A DNA stretch of 64,000 nt. It comes from Arthrobacter sp. GTDB taxonomy: Bacteria > Actinomycetota > Actinomycetes > Actinomycetales > Micrococcaceae. A program made the position numbers and the translations under genes. Positions 36,358 through 45,848 of this stretch are shown here, in pieces. Location of the stretch: contig JAHFUZ010000005.1 of assembly GCA_023264815.1 (NCBI GenBank), forward strand, positions 65,842 to 129,841, in the 5' to 3' direction. Every line of letters begins with the position of its first letter. Position 1 is the first letter of the stretch. The notes below the pieces were generated by a model. That model was given only the letters and a program-made list of their open reading frames with translations, ran no database searches and was not told the origin of the DNA.

Positions 36358-37728
36358 TTACGCGTTGGCCCTGATGGCGGCGGCCAGGACATCCAGCCCG
36401 TCGTTCAACAGCTCATCCGTCATGACCAGCGGCGGCAGCAGGCGGATCACGTTGCCGTAGGTACCGCAGCTGAGGATGATGACACCCTCCTTGAGGCAGG
36501 CGGCTGCCACGGCCCTGGTCAGTTCCGGGTTGGGTTCCTTGGAGCCGGCCTGGACCAGTTCGAGGGCCAGCATGGCGCCGCGGCCGCGGATGTCGCCGAT
36601 CACGGATTTCCCGGCTCCGGCCAGTTCGGACTGCAGTTCGCGGAGCCGCCCGGTGGCCAGTTCCTCAATGTGGCGGGCGCGGCCGGCGAGGTTGTATTCC
36701 TCCATGGAACCGATCGCAGCCAACGCGGCAGCGCACGCCACCGGGTTGCCGCCGTAGGTGCCGCCGAGGCCGCCCGGATGGACGGCGTCGAGCAGGTCTG
36801 CCCGGCCGGTGATGGCGGAGAGCGGCATGCCGCCGGCGATGCCCTTGGCCATGGTCAGGATGTCCGGAACCACGCCTTCGTGGTTGACGGCAAACCATTC
36901 ACCGGTGCGGCAGAAACCGGACTGGACCTCGTCGGCGATGAACACGATGCCCTTTTCCTTGGCCCAGGCGGCCAGCGCGGGCAGGAAGCCCTCAGCGGGC
37001 ACGATGAACCCGCCCTCACCCTGGATGGGTTCGATGATGATGGCGGCCACCTGGTCCCCGCCGATCTGCTTTTCGATCATGGTGATGGCCCGCTTGGCCG
37101 CCTCCGCACCGGTGATCGAGGGGTTTTCCTCGCGGTACGGGTAGCTCATGGGCATGCGGTAGACCTCGGGCGCGAAGGGGCCAAAGTTGGTCTTGTACGG
37201 CATGGCCTTGGCGGTCAGCGCCATGGTGAGGTTGGTGCGCCCGTGGTAGGCGTGGTCAAAGGCTACGACGGCGTCACGCCCGGTGGCGAGGCGGGCCACC
37301 TTCACAGCGTTCTCCACGGCCTCGGCGCCCGAGTTGAACAGCACGGTGCGCTTCTCGTGGTCCCCCGGGGTCAGCCGGTTCAGCTGTTCGGCGAGGGCCA
37401 CGTAGCTTTCGTACGGGGTGACCATAAAACAGGTGTGGGTGAAGTGCTCCACGGCTTCCTTCACGGCCCCGACGACGGCGGGATCGGAGGCGCCGACGCT
37501 GGTCACCGCGATGCCCGAGCCGAGGTCGATGAAGGAGTTGCCGTCCACGTCGTGGATGATCCCGCCGTCGGCATCTGCCACATAGACCGGGACGCTGGAG
37601 GCGACGCCGGCGGCAACCACGGCCTTGCGGCGTTCAGTCAGGGCGATCGATTTGGGGCCCGGGAAGTCGGCCTGGACGCGGCGCTTCTGTTCCAGGCGGA
37701 AGGTGATGTCATTTGCTGTGGTGGTCAT
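36358..37728 (-). CDS. gabT: 4-aminobutyrate--2-oxoglutarate aminotransferase
   Basis: 456-aa class-III aminotransferase. ...FIADEVQSGFCRTGEWFA... and ...PDILTMAKGIAGGMPLSA... contain the PLP Lys. Confidence 0.93.
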   Translation of the reverse strand: MTTTANDITFRLEQKRRVQADFPGPKSIALTERRKAVVAAGVASSVPVYVADADGGIIHDVDGNSFIDLGSGIAVTSVGASDPAVVGAVKEAVEHFTHTCFMVTPYESYVALAEQLNRLTPGDHEKRTVLFNSGAEAVENAVKVARLATGRDAVVAFDHAYHGRTNLTMALTAKAMPYKTNFGPFAPEVYRMPMSYPYREENPSITGAEAAKRAITMIEKQIGGDQVAAIIIEPIQGEGGFIVPAEGFLPALAAWAKEKGIVFIADEVQSGFCRTGEWFAVNHEGVVPDILTMAKGIAGGMPLSAITGRADLLDAVHPGGLGGTYGGNPVACAAALAAIGSMEEYNLAGRARHIEELATGRLRELQSELAGAGKSVIGDIRGRGAMLALELVQAGSKEPNPELTRAVAAACLKEGVIILSCGTYGNVIRLLPPLVMTDELLNDGLDVLAAAIRANA

Positions 37729-37764
37729 GGTGTTTCTTTCGTCGAAAGGAGCCGTCAGGAGTCG

Positions 37765-39204
37765 TCAGGAGTCGAGGGCGGACATGACGTGCTTGATGCG
37801 TGTGTAGTCCTCAACGCCGTACATGGAGAGGTCTTTGCCGTAGCCGGACTGCTTGAAGCCGCCGTGCGGCATTTCGGCCGTCAGCAGGATGTGGGTGTTG
37901 ATCCAGACAGCGCCGAAGTCCAGGTCGCGGCTCATCCGCATGGCCGTGCCGTGGTCGGTGGTCCAGACGCTGGAGGCGAGGGCGTAGTCGACGTCGTTGG
38001 CCAGCTCGAGCGCTTCAGCTTCCGTGGTGAACTTCTGCACGGTGATCACCGGGCCGAAGGTTTCCTTCTGCACCACATCGTCCGTCTGCCTGGCCCCGGT
38101 GATGATGGTGGGCTCGAAGAAGAAGCCTTTCTCCCCCGCCCGGTGTCCGCCGGTGACGATCTGGCAGTTCTCCGGCAGGTGCTCCACCACGGAGGTGACG
38201 GCGTTGAAGTGGTTCACGTTGTTCAGCGGGCCGAAGTAGTTCTCTTCATCGTTCTGCGAACCCGTGTGCAGCGTCTTGGTGTGCTCCACCATGGCGGCCA
38301 CCACGTCGTCGTGCACCGAATCCTCCACGAGCACGCGGGTGATGGCGGTGCAGTCCTGGCCGGCGTTGAAGAACGCGAACTCGGCGATGGCCGCGGCGCT
38401 CTTTTTGATGTCGGCGTCCTTGAACACGATGGCCGGGGCCTTGCCGCCGAGCTCCAGGTGGGCGCGCTTGAGGCCCTTGGCGGCACCCGAGGCCACCGCG
38501 ATTCCCGCACGGACGGAGCCGGTGATGGACACCAGGCCGGGCACCTTGTGCTCCACCATCATGGCGCCGGTTTCGCCGGTTCCCAGCACAACGTTCAGCA
38601 CGCCAGCGGGCAGGATCTCACCGGCCAGGCGCGCCAGCACCAGCGTGGATTCGGGGGTGGTGTCGGAAGGCTTGAGGACCACGGTGTTGCCGGCCGCGAG
38701 CGCGGGGCCGATCTTCCAGATGGCCATCAGGAAGGGGTAGTTCCACGGGGCCACCTGGGCCACGACGCCGATCGGTTCACGGCGGACATAGGAAGTGTGG
38801 CCCTCGAAGTACTCCCCGGCGGACTTGCCTTCCAGGATCCGGGCGGCCCCGGCGAAAAAACGGAGCTGGTCGGCTCCGGCAGCAACTTCCTCGGAGGCGA
38901 TCAGTGAGCGGACCTGGCCGGTGTTCCGGTGCTGGGCTTCCACCAGTTCGTCGCTGTTGGCTTCAATGGCGTCGGCGAGCTTGAGCAGCATCAGCTGGCG
39001 CTGGCCCGGGGTGACGTGCTTCCAGCTCTTAAAGGCATCCTTGGCAGCAGTCATGGCTGCGTCCACATCGGCCTGCACCGACACCGGCGAAATGGCCACC
39101 ACCTCGCCATTGGTGGGGTTGACGATGTCCAGCAGGGCGGTCCCCGCCGGGGTGACAAACGCACCGTTGATGAAGTTTTGCAAGGTCTGGACCACGGTGT
39201 ACAA
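37765..39204 (-). CDS. NAD(P)-dependent aldehyde dehydrogenase (gamma-aminobutyraldehyde / succinate-semialdehyde dehydrogenase-like)
   Basis: 479-aa ORF with ELGGKAP and FFNAGQDCTAITR (catalytic Cys). Operonic with gabT. Substrate specificity cannot be told from the sequence alone. Confidence 0.9.
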   Translation of the reverse strand: MYTVVQTLQNFINGAFVTPAGTALLDIVNPTNGEVVAISPVSVQADVDAAMTAAKDAFKSWKHVTPGQRQLMLLKLADAIEANSDELVEAQHRNTGQVRSLIASEEVAAGADQLRFFAGAARILEGKSAGEYFEGHTSYVRREPIGVVAQVAPWNYPFLMAIWKIGPALAAGNTVVLKPSDTTPESTLVLARLAGEILPAGVLNVVLGTGETGAMMVEHKVPGLVSITGSVRAGIAVASGAAKGLKRAHLELGGKAPAIVFKDADIKKSAAAIAEFAFFNAGQDCTAITRVLVEDSVHDDVVAAMVEHTKTLHTGSQNDEENYFGPLNNVNHFNAVTSVVEHLPENCQIVTGGHRAGEKGFFFEPTIITGARQTDDVVQKETFGPVITVQKFTTEAEALELANDVDYALASSVWTTDHGTAMRMSRDLDFGAVWINTHILLTAEMPHGGFKQSGYGKDLSMYGVEDYTRIKHVMSALDS

Positions 39205-39352
39205 CCTCTTTCAAAGAAAACACGGCACTGTGCAGTGTTCGTTGGCGACTGCTCTGAGCCTATGCCCCCGCCCCGCGCCAGGGAATAGCCACCTGCACAC
39301 CGTTCGGCGCAATGTTTAGTGCGGTCGACCAGCCCGCGATTACCCTTGAGGC

Positions 39353-40786
39353 ATGGCCATTTCCCTCGCGATGCTGCTCGGCGTGCAGTCCCTCCACCTG
39401 TCCAAGGCGGGGCTCGCCGAAACCACCTGGCACCACGACATCAACTGGGTGGCCGTCACCGAGCTGGAGGACCCACAGCGTTTCCTCAACGGCGGGGAGC
39501 TGGTGCTGACCACCGGCCTGCGGCTGAAGTCCGCCCCGGACCAGCGCCGCTTCGTCCGCCAGGTCCAGCGTGCGGGCGCGGTGGGGATCGGGTTCGGCAC
39601 AGGGCTGACGCACGACGACGTTCCGCAGGCCCTGATCGCCGAGGCCAACCGCTGGGGCCTGCCGGTGGTCCGGGTCCCCTACGAGACACCGTTCATCGCC
39701 ATCGGCAAGCTCGTGGCCGATGCCCAGTCCGCCGATCACGTTGCCAAACTGGAGCGCCTGATCGCGGGCCACCAGATCCTGGCGCGGGCGCTCCTGACCG
39801 GCGGCGGCCTGGGCCAGCTCCTGAAACACCTCGGCACCATGCTCCGCACCGAGATCGCCCTCACCCAGTTCACGGCCCACCTGTACAACAGCAGCCCCGA
39901 CCAGCCCTCCACGCAGGGCTGGTCCTCCTTCCCGGTGCCCACCGGACGCCGCGATGCCTGCACCCTGTGGGTCCGCCAGCCCTTCGAGGATTCCGGCATC
40001 ATCGGATACGCCCAGAACCTGATCAGCGTGGAGCTGAACAACATGGTCAAACAGCGCCAGGCCCAGCGCGCGCTGTGCGGCCAGGTCCTGGAGGATGTCA
40101 TTCACGGCGCCCTGGAGACCAGCGAGGCCCAGCGCAGGCTGGCCGGCGTCGGCCTCAACAGCACCCGCCGGAACGTGGTGCTGCTGGCGGTCTCCGCCGC
40201 ACATCACAAGGCACTGGTGAGCACCTCGGTGCCGCAGGTCCTGGAGGACGCGGTGGCCGCCGTCGTCGGGCAGGATCTGGTGGTTGTAGTACACGACGAC
40301 GGCGCCGCGGCACCTGCGCTGGCGCGCCAGCTCAGCGACCACCTGGCTGAGGCGGGCATCCATGCGACGATCGGCATCGGCGGCGCGTACACGAAGCCGA
40401 ACGGCCTGCGCTGGAGCTATTTCGAGGCCCGGGATGCGGCCAGCCACGGGCTGCCGGTGAACGAGCCGGAACGCCTCAGCCTGACGTCCCTGCTGCTGGC
40501 CAGCGAGGACGTCCCCCTGGCCGACATGGCGAAAGAAGCCCTGGGACCGCTGCGCGCGTTCGATGCCACGCACGGCTCTGAACTGATGACCACGCTGGAG
40601 AGCTACCTGAACCACAACGGCTCAGTGGCTGCCGTCGCCGAGGCCCTGACCCTGCACCGCAATACCGTGCGCTACCGGCTCGCGCAGATCACCGAACTGA
40701 CCGGCTACGATCCCGCGGTCACGGCAGACAGGGTGCAGCTGTGGCTCGCCCTGGCCGTGGCCCGGCTCGGCGCACGGCACCCCTGA
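39353..40786 (+). CDS. PucR family transcriptional regulator (GabR-like by context)
   Basis: N-terminal PucR-type sensory region and a C-terminal HTH ...NGSVAAVAEALTLHRNTVRYRLAQITELTG.... Divergent from the gabT operon. Confidence 0.88.
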   Translation: MAISLAMLLGVQSLHLSKAGLAETTWHHDINWVAVTELEDPQRFLNGGELVLTTGLRLKSAPDQRRFVRQVQRAGAVGIGFGTGLTHDDVPQALIAEANRWGLPVVRVPYETPFIAIGKLVADAQSADHVAKLERLIAGHQILARALLTGGGLGQLLKHLGTMLRTEIALTQFTAHLYNSSPDQPSTQGWSSFPVPTGRRDACTLWVRQPFEDSGIIGYAQNLISVELNNMVKQRQAQRALCGQVLEDVIHGALETSEAQRRLAGVGLNSTRRNVVLLAVSAAHHKALVSTSVPQVLEDAVAAVVGQDLVVVVHDDGAAAPALARQLSDHLAEAGIHATIGIGGAYTKPNGLRWSYFEARDAASHGLPVNEPERLSLTSLLLASEDVPLADMAKEALGPLRAFDATHGSELMTTLESYLNHNGSVAAVAEALTLHRNTVRYRLAQITELTGYDPAVTADRVQLWLALAVARLGARHP

Positions 40787-40799
40787 CCCCCGCCCCTCC

Positions 40800-42404
40800 C
40801 TAAATAACCCCGCGCTGGAGGACCGTGCGGGACTTCTTGCGGTCCTTCCAGTAGGCGGCTTCAGCCTCGGCCGCCAACTCAACTTCGCGGGTGTGGAGGG
40901 TGACGTACGCGGAGGCCACCCCGTCCGACAGATCGGGCATCGCAGCCAGCCTGGCCAGCAGGTCCCGGGCCACCACACTGTCCTGGAAATCACCCAGGAT
41001 CTTCTGCTGGCGCTGGGCGGCCTTGACGATCTTCCCGGCCGGCTTGCCGTAGACAGGACCAACGGATTCCGCCACGTGCCGCATCCGTTTGGCGTCCTTG
41101 CGGACCTGGTGGAGGGCTGTTTCATGCTCGGTCCCCCGCCGGGCGCGTTTGGCACTGCGGGCCGAGCGCTGCAGCCGTTTGCCCGCCTGATGCACCAGCT
41201 TGCGCGCCTCCTTGCGGGCAGGGGCCGCCCCGGCCGCCCGTACCGATGGCCGGTCCCGGAACTCCTCGAGGTCATCCAGCAGGCGGAAGTACCGCTCGGA
41301 CAGCAGCGCCTTCTGGAGTTTCCGGTAGCCGGTGTCCAGCGTATTGCCCAGTTCCTCCTCCAGCCGGTCGGCCGCCGCCTTCGATGCGGGTCCCGGCGGC
41401 AGCTCAGCGGCGTGCCGGCGGAGGCGTTCCAGCATCACTTCGGCATCGCGCGGCGCCCCCAGGACTCCGGCCAGCCACTTCAGTTCGTCCCGGAGGCGCC
41501 GCACGGCGGCGTCGCTGTAATAACGCCGGTACGCCGCCAGCGCCGACCGTGCCCGCCGTGTGGCCGAGCGCAGGTCATGCACTGCCTCGGGCTGTTCCAG
41601 CCGCACTCCGGGATCGTGGGCCAGGATCTCGCTGACCTGCCCGGCCAGATAGGCGACCAGGAGGTCCGAGACCGGCCCCTTCTTTCGCGGCGGCCTGGCG
41701 GACTGGGCACCGGCCGCCGGCGCTTTCCGCGCGCCGGTGACCCGCAGTGCCTTCGCCAGTTTGGAGCCGTGTTCGGCCGGGCGCGCTCCGGCAGCAGCCA
41801 AGACGTCATCGGCGGCGGGGAACAGGTCCGGGCTTCCGTGCACCAGTTCGAGTTCCCACTCGCGCCACTGCTGCGGCGGTGCCTCACTGTCCGCGGCATG
41901 GCCGGTGAGGGGGTGGGCGCTGACCCGGTCATCGGCCAGGTCCGCAAGGTGGACGCCATCGCCGCCGTAGAGCGGATAGGTGGTGCGCCGGGTTTCCAGC
42001 CGGACGGCGGGGAGCGGGTCGTCGCCGCGGAGGTAGGAGAGCAAGTAGGCCAGCAGGCTGTCAGGAACGACGTCGGCCTGGCCCAGTGGCGCCCGGAGCT
42101 CGCGCCGCTGCCGGGGTTCTGCGGCGCCCGGCCCGGCAACCGCCGCCCCGGGAGCGTCCGCTACCCCGGCAATGTCCGAGGGCAGCTTCACGTGCCAGCC
42201 GGCGTCGGTACCGCCGGTCCGGCGGCGGAGGGTGATGCCGCGGGCGGCGAGCACCTGGCCCTGGGTGTCGAAATACACCGCTTCCAGGTGGTCCTCGCGT
42301 GGCTCCCCCACCCGGGCGACCCCGGGGATCGCCGAGAGGTCCGGCACCGGGGCGTCACTGCCGACGTCGTACTTCTTTTCGACCTCAACGTCCTGGGATG
42401 CCAT
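40800..42404 (-). CDS. CYTH and CHAD domain-containing protein
   Basis: N-terminal EVEKKYDV... (the ExExK CYTH signature) and a long helical His/Arg-rich C-terminal region typical of CHAD. Confidence 0.85.
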   Translation of the reverse strand: MASQDVEVEKKYDVGSDAPVPDLSAIPGVARVGEPREDHLEAVYFDTQGQVLAARGITLRRRTGGTDAGWHVKLPSDIAGVADAPGAAVAGPGAAEPRQRRELRAPLGQADVVPDSLLAYLLSYLRGDDPLPAVRLETRRTTYPLYGGDGVHLADLADDRVSAHPLTGHAADSEAPPQQWREWELELVHGSPDLFPAADDVLAAAGARPAEHGSKLAKALRVTGARKAPAAGAQSARPPRKKGPVSDLLVAYLAGQVSEILAHDPGVRLEQPEAVHDLRSATRRARSALAAYRRYYSDAAVRRLRDELKWLAGVLGAPRDAEVMLERLRRHAAELPPGPASKAAADRLEEELGNTLDTGYRKLQKALLSERYFRLLDDLEEFRDRPSVRAAGAAPARKEARKLVHQAGKRLQRSARSAKRARRGTEHETALHQVRKDAKRMRHVAESVGPVYGKPAGKIVKAAQRQQKILGDFQDSVVARDLLARLAAMPDLSDGVASAYVTLHTREVELAAEAEAAYWKDRKKSRTVLQRGVI

Positions 42405-42498
42405 TGCGCCGTCCTTCCGTCACCGCGGCCCAAGCGGCCTGCTGGCCCGAGTCTATGCCTGCCAGATGAACAGCCGGGAGAGTTTCGCCACAGAACCC

Positions 42499-42522
42499 TA
42501 GACATCAAACGTCTGATGTCTA
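42499..42522. promoter_or_regulatory. 9-bp inverted repeat (6-nt spacer), a candidate operator for the operon-encoded GntR regulator
   Basis: tagacatca-aacgtc-tgatgtcta with perfect arms. It ends 10 nt upstream of the MFS ATG at 42533, just before the ggagag Shine-Dalgarno sequence. Confidence 0.5.
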
Positions 42523-42532
42523 AGCTGGAGAG

Positions 42533-43762
42533 ATGACTGCTCCACCCACATCCCCCGCCCTGGCCTCCGCCCCGCCCACGCGGCGCACCGTTGCCGTGTT
42601 CGGCGTAGTGGCACTGGTGCTGATTGGCCTGAACCTGCGGACCGGAATCGCCGGCGCGTCCCCCCTGCTGCACGATCTGCAGCAGGTGCTGGGCTACGGA
42701 CCGCTGGTGGCGGCAATCATCCCGTCCATTCCCACCCTCTGCTTTGCTGTGGCGGGGGCTGCAACGTCCTGGCTGACCGGGCGCCTGGGTGTAGAGAAGG
42801 CCATCCTGCTTGCTTTGGCCTTCCTGGCCGGCGGCCTGCTGCTGCGCTGGATCCCGGCCACCGGCATGCTGCTCGCGGGCACGGTGGTGGGGATGTCCGG
42901 ACTGGCCGTCTGCAACGTGGCCATGCCGTCCTTTATCCGTGAGCATTTCGCCCACCGCACGTCGGTAATGACAGCGGTCTACACCGTGACCATGACCACC
43001 GGCGCAACGGTGGCCGCCGTGACCGTGGTGCCGCTCTCCCAGGCGCTGGGTTCACCGTCGTCCGCGGTGGGAACACTCGGTTTCCTGGCGGTTGCCGCGC
43101 TCCTGGGCTTCGTGCCCATGGTGCTGCACACACACCGGAACCGGGTCCGGAGCACGGCAACCCGCATCTCCCCGTGGCCGTTGCTGCGCACGCGGAAGGG
43201 CCAGCTCCTCACCGCGATCTTCACCCTGCAGGCGCTGCTTGCGTACGCGCTCATCAGCTGGTTTCCCTCCATGCTGACCAGCATGGGCCTCAATGCTGCG
43301 GACAGCGGCCTGCTGTTCGGGCTTTTGCAGCTGGTGTCCGTGCCGGCCGGCATGCTGATCCTCGCCATCGGCTCGCGGCCCCGGATGCTCCGGCCCGCAC
43401 TGTACCTGGTCAGCATGATCATGGTGGCCGGCCTGGCATCGCTGCTGGTGCTGCCCGTGGGCCTGGCCGTCATTCCCGCCATCCTGCTGGGCTTCGGCCT
43501 GGGCATCTTCCCGCTGGTCATGGTGATGATCAGCCGCAGCGGGACGAACACCGCCGAAACCACGGCGCTTTCCACGCTGGCGCAGTCCACGGGGTACCTT
43601 CTGGCGACTGCGGGCCCGTTCGGCACCGGCCTGCTCCACGGCATCACCGGCAGCTGGACCCTGCCGGTGGCGCTGCTGCTGGGACTCGCGGTGATCCAGG
43701 TGGTGGTGGCCCACCTGATCTCGCGCTCCCCCATCACAGCCCGGAAACGCAGGACGCCATGA
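42533..43762 (+). CDS. MFS transporter (CynX/cyanate-transporter-like family)
   Basis: 409-aa ORF with 12 helices. ...LVLIGLNLRTGIAGASPLLHDLQ... is typical of the CynX-type MFS family. Confidence 0.85.
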   Translation: MTAPPTSPALASAPPTRRTVAVFGVVALVLIGLNLRTGIAGASPLLHDLQQVLGYGPLVAAIIPSIPTLCFAVAGAATSWLTGRLGVEKAILLALAFLAGGLLLRWIPATGMLLAGTVVGMSGLAVCNVAMPSFIREHFAHRTSVMTAVYTVTMTTGATVAAVTVVPLSQALGSPSSAVGTLGFLAVAALLGFVPMVLHTHRNRVRSTATRISPWPLLRTRKGQLLTAIFTLQALLAYALISWFPSMLTSMGLNAADSGLLFGLLQLVSVPAGMLILAIGSRPRMLRPALYLVSMIMVAGLASLLVLPVGLAVIPAILLGFGLGIFPLVMVMISRSGTNTAETTALSTLAQSTGYLLATAGPFGTGLLHGITGSWTLPVALLLGLAVIQVVVAHLISRSPITARKRRTP

Positions 43763-44439
43763 CCTTGAGCACTTCACACCGCCAGCCCCTCGCCGAGGAG
43801 GTTACCGCCAAACTGCGCGCAATGATCCACTCCGGCGAATGGCAGCTGGACCAGCGCATCCCTGCCGAACCGGAGCTGATGGCCGGACTTGGAGTGTCGC
43901 GCGGCACGCTCCGCGAAGCCATCAAGGCCCTGGCGCACAGCGGCATGCTGGAGGTCCGCCGCGGCGACGGCACCTACGTCCGTGCCACCAGCGAAATCTC
44001 CGGCGCCGCCCGCCGGATGTACCAGGACCATACTGACGAACACATCCTCGAAGTCAGGCTTGGTTTGGACACGCAGGCCGCCCGGCTCGCCGCCAGGAAT
44101 GCCACGGCCGACGACGTCACCGCCCTGCGTGCCGTACTCGCCGAGCGGGAGGTCGCCTGGCATGCCGCCGATTTCGAGGCGTGGGCCCGCGCTGACTGGG
44201 CCTTCCACGCCCGCGTGGCCCAGGCTACCGGGAACCCGCTCCTGCACGAGCTCTACGTCAGCTTCGGCGACGTCTTCCACCAGGACCTGCTCAAGCAGCA
44301 GCGGAAGGGCCGCATGGACGGCCTCACCTACGAGGGCCACGGTGCCCTGGTGGACGCCATCGAGGCCCACGACGCCGACGCCGCAGTGGCCAGCGTCAAC
44401 CAGAACCTCAACTCCTGTGCGGAGTGGCTGCGCGCGTAA
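43759..44439 (+). CDS. GntR family (FadR/FCD subfamily) transcriptional regulator
   Basis: The start ATG overlaps the MFS stop (ATGA). The wHTH is ...RIPAEPELMAGLGVSRGTLREAIKALAHSGMLEVRRGDGTYV..., followed by a helical FCD domain. Confidence 0.9.
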   Translation: MTLSTSHRQPLAEEVTAKLRAMIHSGEWQLDQRIPAEPELMAGLGVSRGTLREAIKALAHSGMLEVRRGDGTYVRATSEISGAARRMYQDHTDEHILEVRLGLDTQAARLAARNATADDVTALRAVLAEREVAWHAADFEAWARADWAFHARVAQATGNPLLHELYVSFGDVFHQDLLKQQRKGRMDGLTYEGHGALVDAIEAHDADAAVASVNQNLNSCAEWLRA

Positions 44440-44536
44440 CCCGGGGTTTCGGCCTCGACGGGGCACTCAGTAGGCTTACGATCTGACGTAGGTCCGGGGT
44501 TCCGTCCCGGGCGCCCGCCGATGACCAGGAGCTTCC

Positions 44537-45706
44537 ATGTCACGAGCAGCCCACCAGCGCGAGCACACCGAACCCGCGGTGAATGCCGCCGTACCGAACC
44601 CCAGGGAGCGAAGGCCACCTTCCGCACTGTGGGCCGACGGCTTGGGCAGGGTGGGGATCCGTTCCGCGCAGGTGCTGCTGATCCTGGCAGTGGCCGTGGT
44701 GTCCGTGTACGCCCTGATGCAGATCAAGCTGCTGGTCGTCCCGGTCCTGATCGCCCTGATCCTTGCCGCGGCAATCGGCCCGTTCGTGAACCTCCTCCGG
44801 CGCCGCGGCCTGCCCGGTGCCGTGGCCACCGGCGTGGCCTTCGTGGCCCTGCTGCTCCTGTTGGCCGGAGTTGGCACCGTGGTCTACTTCTCCGTCAGGA
44901 ATCAGTGGGCGGAGCTGGCGCAGCAGGCGTCCTCCGGGCTGGACGAGCTGGAGCAGTTCCTTCGCAACGGGCCCATCCCCATCGAGCAGGAGCAGCTGGA
45001 CCAGGCACGGGAGGGCCTCATCCAGTTCCTCACCAGCAGCCAGGTCCGGTCGGGCGCCATCACAGGGCTCTCCCTGGTCACGGAATTCATTGCCGGGAGC
45101 ATCCTGATGGTGGTCATCCTGTTTTTCTTCCTCAAGGACGGCGCCAAAATCTGGGAGTTTTTCGTGCGGGCCTTCAGCGGGCAGCGCGAAGCCAAAATGC
45201 GCCGCATGGGCAGCCGCACCCTCGAGGTGCTGGGCGGCTACGTCCGAGGCACTGCCATCGTGGCATTGGTGGACGCCGTGGCCATCGGCGCAGCGCTCCT
45301 GATTCTCCAGGTCCCGCTGGCGTTCCCGCTGGCCATCATCGTCTTCATTACCGCCTTCATCCCGCTGGTGGGGGCAACGGTAGCGGGCATCCTCGCGGCC
45401 CTGGTTGCCCTGGTGGCCAACGGCCCGGTGGTGGCGCTGATCGTGGTGGCTGTGGTCATCGCCGTGAACCAGCTGGAGGGAGACCTGCTGCAGCCGATCG
45501 TGATGGGCAAGTCGCTTCAGCTCCACGCGCTCGTGATCCTGATGGCGCTGACTGCCGGCACCATCCTGGCCGGCATCATCGGGGCCGTCCTGTCGGTCCC
45601 GCTGGCGGCTGTCATCTGGGCGGTCATCCAGGTGTGGACTGCCGAAGATCCGCAGCTCGAGGACATGAACCCGGACCTTCCGCCACCGAACACCCAACCC
45701 ATCTGA
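44537..45706 (+). CDS. AI-2E family transporter (PerM/UPF0118)
   Basis: 389-aa ORF with about 8 helices. ...FIPLVGATVAGILAALVALV... and ...VNQLEGDLLQPIVMGKSLQLHALVIL... are typical of the family. Confidence 0.88.
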   Translation: MSRAAHQREHTEPAVNAAVPNPRERRPPSALWADGLGRVGIRSAQVLLILAVAVVSVYALMQIKLLVVPVLIALILAAAIGPFVNLLRRRGLPGAVATGVAFVALLLLLAGVGTVVYFSVRNQWAELAQQASSGLDELEQFLRNGPIPIEQEQLDQAREGLIQFLTSSQVRSGAITGLSLVTEFIAGSILMVVILFFFLKDGAKIWEFFVRAFSGQREAKMRRMGSRTLEVLGGYVRGTAIVALVDAVAIGAALLILQVPLAFPLAIIVFITAFIPLVGATVAGILAALVALVANGPVVALIVVAVVIAVNQLEGDLLQPIVMGKSLQLHALVILMALTAGTILAGIIGAVLSVPLAAVIWAVIQVWTAEDPQLEDMNPDLPPPNTQPI

Positions 45707-45770
45707 GTGCCTGGCGGACTTCGCCGCCAACCGTCACACCCGCTCCTGCACCACGCCCGCAGGACGCACG

Positions 45771-45804
45771 ACGGCGGTCCGGCACCCAGGTGCCGGACCG
45801 CCGT
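45771..45804. terminator. Bidirectional stem-loop between convergent genes
   Basis: Perfect 15-bp stem: acggcggtccggcac (45771-45785) pairs with gtgccggaccgccgt (45790-45804), with loop ccag. Confidence 0.7.
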
Positions 45805-45848
45805 CGGGCGTTGCCGCGGGCGAGCCCTGCTGCCGCGGCTCCTTCAGC

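Noticed and set aside
36352-38907. 851-aa ORF on the plus strand, the longest in this part of the window
   Set aside because: It is antisense to the well-supported gabT and aldehyde dehydrogenase genes. Its Gly/Asp/His/Val/Arg-rich composition has no family-like motifs. It is a typical shadow ORF of high-GC DNA.
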